The notes below the pieces were generated by a model, which was given only the letters and a program-made list of their open reading frames with translations, was not told the origin of the DNA and did not search any database. Shown here piece by piece: positions 42,501 to 46,990 of a stretch of 46,990 nt of DNA. Positions within the stretch are counted from its first letter, which is position 1. Each line of letters begins with the position of its first letter. The position numbers and the translations under genes were made by a program. The stretch lies in contig NW_005434585.1 in assembly GCF_000315625.1 (NCBI RefSeq), positions 87,649-134,638 on the forward strand, in the 5' to 3' direction. The stretch is from Guillardia theta CCMP2712. Taxonomy: Eukaryota; Protista; Cryptophyta.

Positions 42501-43379
42501 AGTCTTGGTGGGGTCGAGGAGGTCAATCACGACCTCGTTGTAGATCTCGATGTAGCTCAGGCGGAAGAAGAACTCGCGATCGGGATACGATTTCACGTGC
42601 GAGAAGACCTCTTGAGTAGCAAGAGGAATCACACCAGGCGATGATCGTGCGCCAGACATGGTGAACGTCTTGCCACTTGACGTCTGCCCGTAAGCAAAGA
42701 TGCAACCGTTGTATCCTTCCACCGTCGACTGCACAATCTCTGACAGGACCTGCTTGTAGATCTGATCCGTTGTGACCATAGGGGGGAAGATATTATCGAA
42801 GGTGAAGGTGGAGCCTTCATAGATGTCCCCTGCTGGCGTCCCCAACTGTGGAGCGATGCTCCGAGAGTCATATCGCCAGCACATCTGATTTTGATTCGAC
42901 TCGTCTCTGGTCTTGTCTCCTCCCACAACGTCCAGCGGCCTGACTCGGACACAGACAGCCACAGCCGCCTTGTCCCTGCCCTTCCCTCGCACTCCGTTGC
43001 CGATGCTGTTCCGCACGCTGGAGACGGAGCTGAGCGACAAGTTTTGGATGTCAAGTTGACTGGTATCGTCAGAGTTCTCCCTCTCGAGCGTGACAGAGTT
43101 GCGGAGAGACGGAGAGGGAGGACGGAGGACGCTGTTGCCAGCCCCCTTCCTAGGGGGCGAATCGCCTCGCGGGCTTCCATTGCGGTTGCTCACGTTGGAG
43201 AGAGTGAGAGAAGTCCGTACGTTGCTGTTCCTGCTCCTCAACGGAGAGTTCAGACTTCGACTCTGATCGCTGAGGTCGTACGTCCGACGGAGAGCTCGTT
43301 GCTTCCCGTCCTCAGGAAGGGGAAAGGCGTTCATCGGGGAGGACGGCCGCTTCGGTTCCTTCATTGTGTTAATACTCAT
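39503..43379 (-). CDS. Kinesin-7 family (CENP-E-like) motor protein, 4 exons: 43379-40503, 40272-39781, 39657-39583, 39538-39503
   Basis: Motor motifs VCVRVRP, FAYGQTSSGKTFTM, SYIEIYNE, STDMNEKSSRSHTIFRLVIES, LNLVDLAGSE and [32 protein letters not shown] are typical of kinesin-7. Ser/Arg-rich N-terminal extension and long coiled-coil stalk. All three introns are GT-AG, phase 0, with TAG at 39503-39505. Confidence 0.92.
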
Positions 43380-43949
43380 CCCCTGCCTTGCTCATACTCC
43401 AACCCCAGAGGCACAAGAGAGAGACAGAGAAACAGAGAAACAAGGAGAGAGAGAGAGAGTGAGTGTTCGGACTGCAATGGTTCCAGCGTTGATCAAACTG
43501 ACATGTCGAGATTGTCCTGCGATGAAAGTTGAGGACCTGAGTGAACAATGTCAGACAGTGGCCGATGGTGAGGGAAGAAAGAGAGGAGCTTTTTGGGGTT
43601 TTGCATCCAAACTCGCGAGGGGAAAGGCAGGCCAAGTTAGTTTGAGAGATGGCAGGGGTAAAGACTAGATTGTTCGTAATGATGATCACTGGGAAAAGGT
43701 GCTAGAATTTGAACAGTCAAGGTTCTATCTAGATGCTGTCACACCGACTGCTTTTGCTTCAATTGCTGTGAAGTTGTGGAAAGTGGCAGGATGGAGGAGA
43801 GGGAGGGGCAGCAGGAGAGGCAGGAGGATAAGCAGGAGGAAGTCAAGATCAGGATATCAGGCAGAGAAGAGGCAGGGAGGAATGGATGAATAGACAGAAG
43901 CTGCGCGACGATGAGCAGGTTTGCATGACTGAATGACTGCATGGCCGGT

Positions 43950-44515
43950 GGGGGATGGAAGGCCAGCGGGGTAGTGATTCATTCCGAATGTGTGGGGTAG
44001 GGGTACTCTGATACATGACAGGTCGGGAAATACTGACTTAAATTTTCAAAATTTTCAATGAAAATTATCTATAAAAAATAAAATCATATAATAATAATTG
44101 AATATTTAACATTATTTTCGGTTGGGGTTAGGAAACGAAGATGCCAAGGTAGGTAGGGTGCACCTCTGAGAGGGAGTGGGTAGGGGTTAAAGTTGTACCG
44201 GTAGATGAAACTTTAGAGGGTGAGGGGTAGAATGTAATGTGCTATTAAGGGTGGGGTAACATTGAATATTGAGGGTGGGGTATACCAAGTACCCTTACTG
44301 ATAACGGAAATAAATACCGTATATGACGGGTATAGTTCCGTGGATTGAGGGTCATGTGTATAAGAGGTAGGGTATGGCAAGCGGGGGAGCACGGGGGTCA
44401 TCATTCAAAATTGAAAAAAAAAAAAGACTAAAAAGAGATCTCGAAAAGGACAAGGTCATGGAGTGAGGAGTGGGGGGTACTTTAGCTATGATTTCAGGGG
44501 TGGGGTTGTACCATT
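43950..44515. promoter_or_regulatory. Long GGGGTA-rich tract with AT-rich segments upstream of the kinesin gene
   Basis: More than ten GGGGTA/GGGTAG/GGGGTT motifs, gtaccggtag, and aattttcaaaattttcaat at about 44041. Confidence 0.35.
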
Positions 44516-44526
44516 TCTGTGTAAAA

Positions 44527-44830
44527 GACTCGGCCAGGCCGGTCGGGCAGCGTCGGAAGTTCCGGCCCGAGTCGGCGGCCTCGGATCCGATCACCAGTGA
44601 GGCGCAAGGTGCGCCGGACCGTCTATCGTTGTGTAGAAATTTCCGTTGCCACACTGACATGATTCAATTGACAAGCCTCGGATCGTGTAGGCATTTCCGG
44701 GGGACGTTTTTCCAGTCCCCGTCCGATCGTCTAACATAAGTATTTACATGCCACTGCTATCATAGTATCATGAAGCCGCGGCGACCGGCAGCCCGCAAGT
44801 TGCCGGGGTCGGGTCTCAGATCAGTGTCTT
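44527..44830. repeat. GC/CpG-rich island with GACTCGG...CCGAGTC foldback
   Basis: GACTCGG at 44527 and its reverse complement CCGAGTC at 44567. Also tcggatccga and cagtga, as in the 805-965 island. Confidence 0.45.
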
Positions 44831-44859
44831 CTATTGTCGTTGGCAGGAAGGGCCTGCTT

Positions 44860-45990
44860 CGAGCAACTGGCAACATGTCAACAGAGGTAGGGGAACTTAG
44901 ATGAACACACTGTTTCGAGAAGAAAGTTTGCTCCGGCTGGCAGATCCTCTGCCACTTTTCCAAGTGCATCTCCTGGTACTTCCCCTCAACCCTCTGTCGC
45001 AGAAATCAGTCGACAACCCAGCTCGGGAGCCCCCCTCCCTCCCAGCATATCCACTCACATCTTCGACGCTAGGAAGCACAGTCTGGTAGTCAGGTCTCGA
45101 CTGTCCCAACCTCCCCACTAGCGTCCTGCACAAGTCCTCTGGTGACATTCTACTCCATTGCATGTTTTCCCTGCCCTTCCCCTCCTTCTTGCTCCTCAAT
45201 CGCCCCTTCCCTTCCTCGTCCCCCCCCCCCTCCTCATACCCGCAGCAGTACTCGTATAGACATTGCCTGGGCTTCCCCGCCCAGTCGCATACGCAGCCGG
45301 GATCAGAACCACAATCAGCCGCTGCTTCCTCCACGAAGTGATCGATCTTCACTCTCGTCAGACTGACTTCCGGTCCTTCCCCCCTTCCTGCTTCTCCTGC
45401 TGCTGCTGCTCCTCCTCCTCCGCAATGCACGAGCTGTCACCTGCGGAGCTCCAACTTGGCCAAGAGCCGAGCCACGAATTCCTGCCGCACCAAATGAGGC
45501 CGATGCTGCCAACGAGAAGAGGAGGGAGCGGAGAGAGAGAGCGGGGGCGGGGCGGGGAGGGGGGGTGGATAGAGGCGCTCACCTGCCGCCTTCCAGTACT
45601 TCTTGCTCAAGTCGTTCTCTCCCAATCTCATGTTCAGCTGCTTCACTCGCGGAGAGAACGTCTTTTCCCCATGGTTTTCAATCTTGTTGCTGTGACATCA
45701 GTGCCCTCCTCGTCCACGCATGCATCACGGCACCTTTAGGTTCGAGAAGTAGTATGATCCAGTCCCTTGCTGATACAGCGCTCTTCCCTGGCGAGTTTTG
45801 GCCTTGAGCTGCGAGAGGGAAACGTCAGGCAATGGTGGGACCTCGGTGTGAGCGACCGTTACTGATGATACAAGCAGAAGGACGGCACATGCTGCTGCTA
45901 CTGTTGCAAACGCTGAAGATGAGTCAAAGATCGTAGCTTGAGACCCAGCACATGGAGAGTATGAGGCAGAAGAGTCGAAATCATGAGACC
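44860..45990 (-). CDS. Hypothetical multi-exon protein with a hydrophobic N-terminal segment and a Cys-rich region
   Basis: AFATVAAACAVLLLVSSVTVAH looks like a signal peptide or anchor. Exons KQLNMRLGENDLSKKYWKAA (GTGAG donor at about 45582) and DHFVEEAAADCGSDPGCVCDWAGKPRQCLYEYCCG. Boundaries approximate. Confidence 0.45.
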
Positions 45991-46109
45991 ATGCAATAAA
46001 ACTGTGATAGTTGTGATGTTGTGGTTTTAGGGAATCTGGGAGGAGGAGGCAGAAGGAGGGGGAAGGTTGAGAAGGTAGCAGGAGGTAGCAAGGAGGAGTA
46101 GGGATGAGC

Positions 46110-46200
46110 AAGGAGGCAGGAGGCAGGAGGCAGGAGGCAGGAGGCAGGAGGCAGGAGGCAGGAGGCAGGAGGCAGGAGGCGGCAAGAAGGAGGAGGCAGG
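46110..46200. repeat. (GGAGGCA)n heptamer repeat, intergenic
   Basis: About 10 visible copies. Confidence 0.85.
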
Positions 46201-46435
46201 GACTAGGTGTAGTGGTAGTGGTAGGAGCAAGACTAAAGTCACCAAGCGAAGCTTGCGACGAAGGCAGCATGGCGAAGAGACGGTGGCAAGGCCTGTCGTA
46301 TAACTGATTAATGCTAAATATGAAACAATTAACACTAATAGTGAGTTGTAAGACAAAAATAGTTCTAATATACTTTATTAGTGTTAACAAACACATGAAT
46401 TAATGTTAAAAAGTGAAGGCTGGCGGAGTTTCAGA

Positions 46436-46477
46436 ATGAGCAGACAGCCGACGTCGTCTAAGTACGACTTCGTCAAG
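46436..46477 (+). CDS. First exon of a probable 2-phosphoglycerate-kinase-like P-loop NTPase (gene continues beyond the window)
   Basis: ATG 46436 gives MSRQPTSSKYDFVK followed by a phase-0 GTGAAC donor. SSKYDFVK matches the N-terminal SSKYDFVKVKV motif I recall from plant/algal 2-PG-kinase-like P-loop proteins. Only 14 codons are visible. Confidence 0.55.
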
Positions 46478-46499
46478 GTGAACAAGATCCTTCTCCTCT

Positions 46500-46860
46500 A
46501 CTCCTGCTGCCCTGCTGTCCTGATGTCCTGCTGTCCTGCTGTCCTGCTGTCCTGCTGTCCTGCTGTCCTGCTGTCCTGCTGTCCTGCTGTCCTGCTGTCC
46601 TGTTGTCCTGTTGTCCTGCTGTCCTGCTATCCTGCTGCCCTAATCTCCTGCTCTCCTCCTACTACTCTCCCGCTCCCCTGCTCTCTTAATCTCCTGCTCT
46701 CCTGCTGTCCTGCTCTCTTAATCTCCTGCTCTCCTGCTCCCTTAATCTCCTGCTCTCCTGCTGCCCTAATCTCCTGCTCTCCTGCTCTCCTGCTCTCCTG
46801 CTCTCCTCCCCCTGCTCTCCTGCTCCCCTGCTCCCCTGCTCCCCTGCTCCCCTGCTCCCT
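46500..46860. repeat. (CCTGCTGT)n and related (CTCCTGCT/CCCCTGCT)n octamer arrays in an intron
   Basis: Visible 8-bp periodic arrays directly after the donor at 46478. Confidence 0.85.
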
Positions 46861-46990
46861 CCTCTCTCCCAGCATATTCCCTTCCTCCATGCCCGATTGT
46901 TTGTGTTTTCTCCCTCCATCTTTCATTCATCCTCCGTTCCATCCCATGTCCCCCTTCCCCCTTCCCTCAATCCTGTCTCTATCCTCCGTC

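Noticed and set aside
43950-44515. Interstitial telomeric repeat
   Set aside because: G-rich but without a fixed tandem period. Treated instead as part of the recurring upstream signature.

Overview
Eukaryotic nuclear DNA, gene-dense, with about 15-17 protein-coding genes on both strands. Most genes are split by very short (about 40-60 nt) GT-AG or GC-AG introns, and some introns are inflated by microsatellites. There are two 100-N assembly gaps. The style resembles a cryptophyte alga such as Guillardia theta (inference only). Recognisable genes are a large multi-IQ/coiled-coil protein, a DUF1338 (HglS-like) dioxygenase, a coiled-coil protein resembling the outer dynein arm docking complex (ODA-DC), an intronless MFSD8-like transporter, a long-chain acyl-CoA synthetase homolog with degenerate catalytic motifs, an ankyrin-repeat protein, a divergent bHLH-PAS-like protein, a kinesin-7 (CENP-E-like) motor, and the first exon of a 2-phosphoglycerate-kinase-like P-loop protein. 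I found no rRNA, tRNA, CRISPR array, transposase, reverse transcriptase or viral gene, and I cannot claim a complete new multi-gene system. The best leads are the probable mitochondrial pseudo-acyl-CoA synthetase, the atypical bHLH-PAS architecture, the intron-laden DUF1338 enzyme that may be bacterial-type, and two recurring intergenic signatures (GGGGTA/GTACC tracts upstream of genes, and GACTCGG...CCGAGTC foldback islands). All gene models were spliced by eye, so starts and ends are approximate unless stated.
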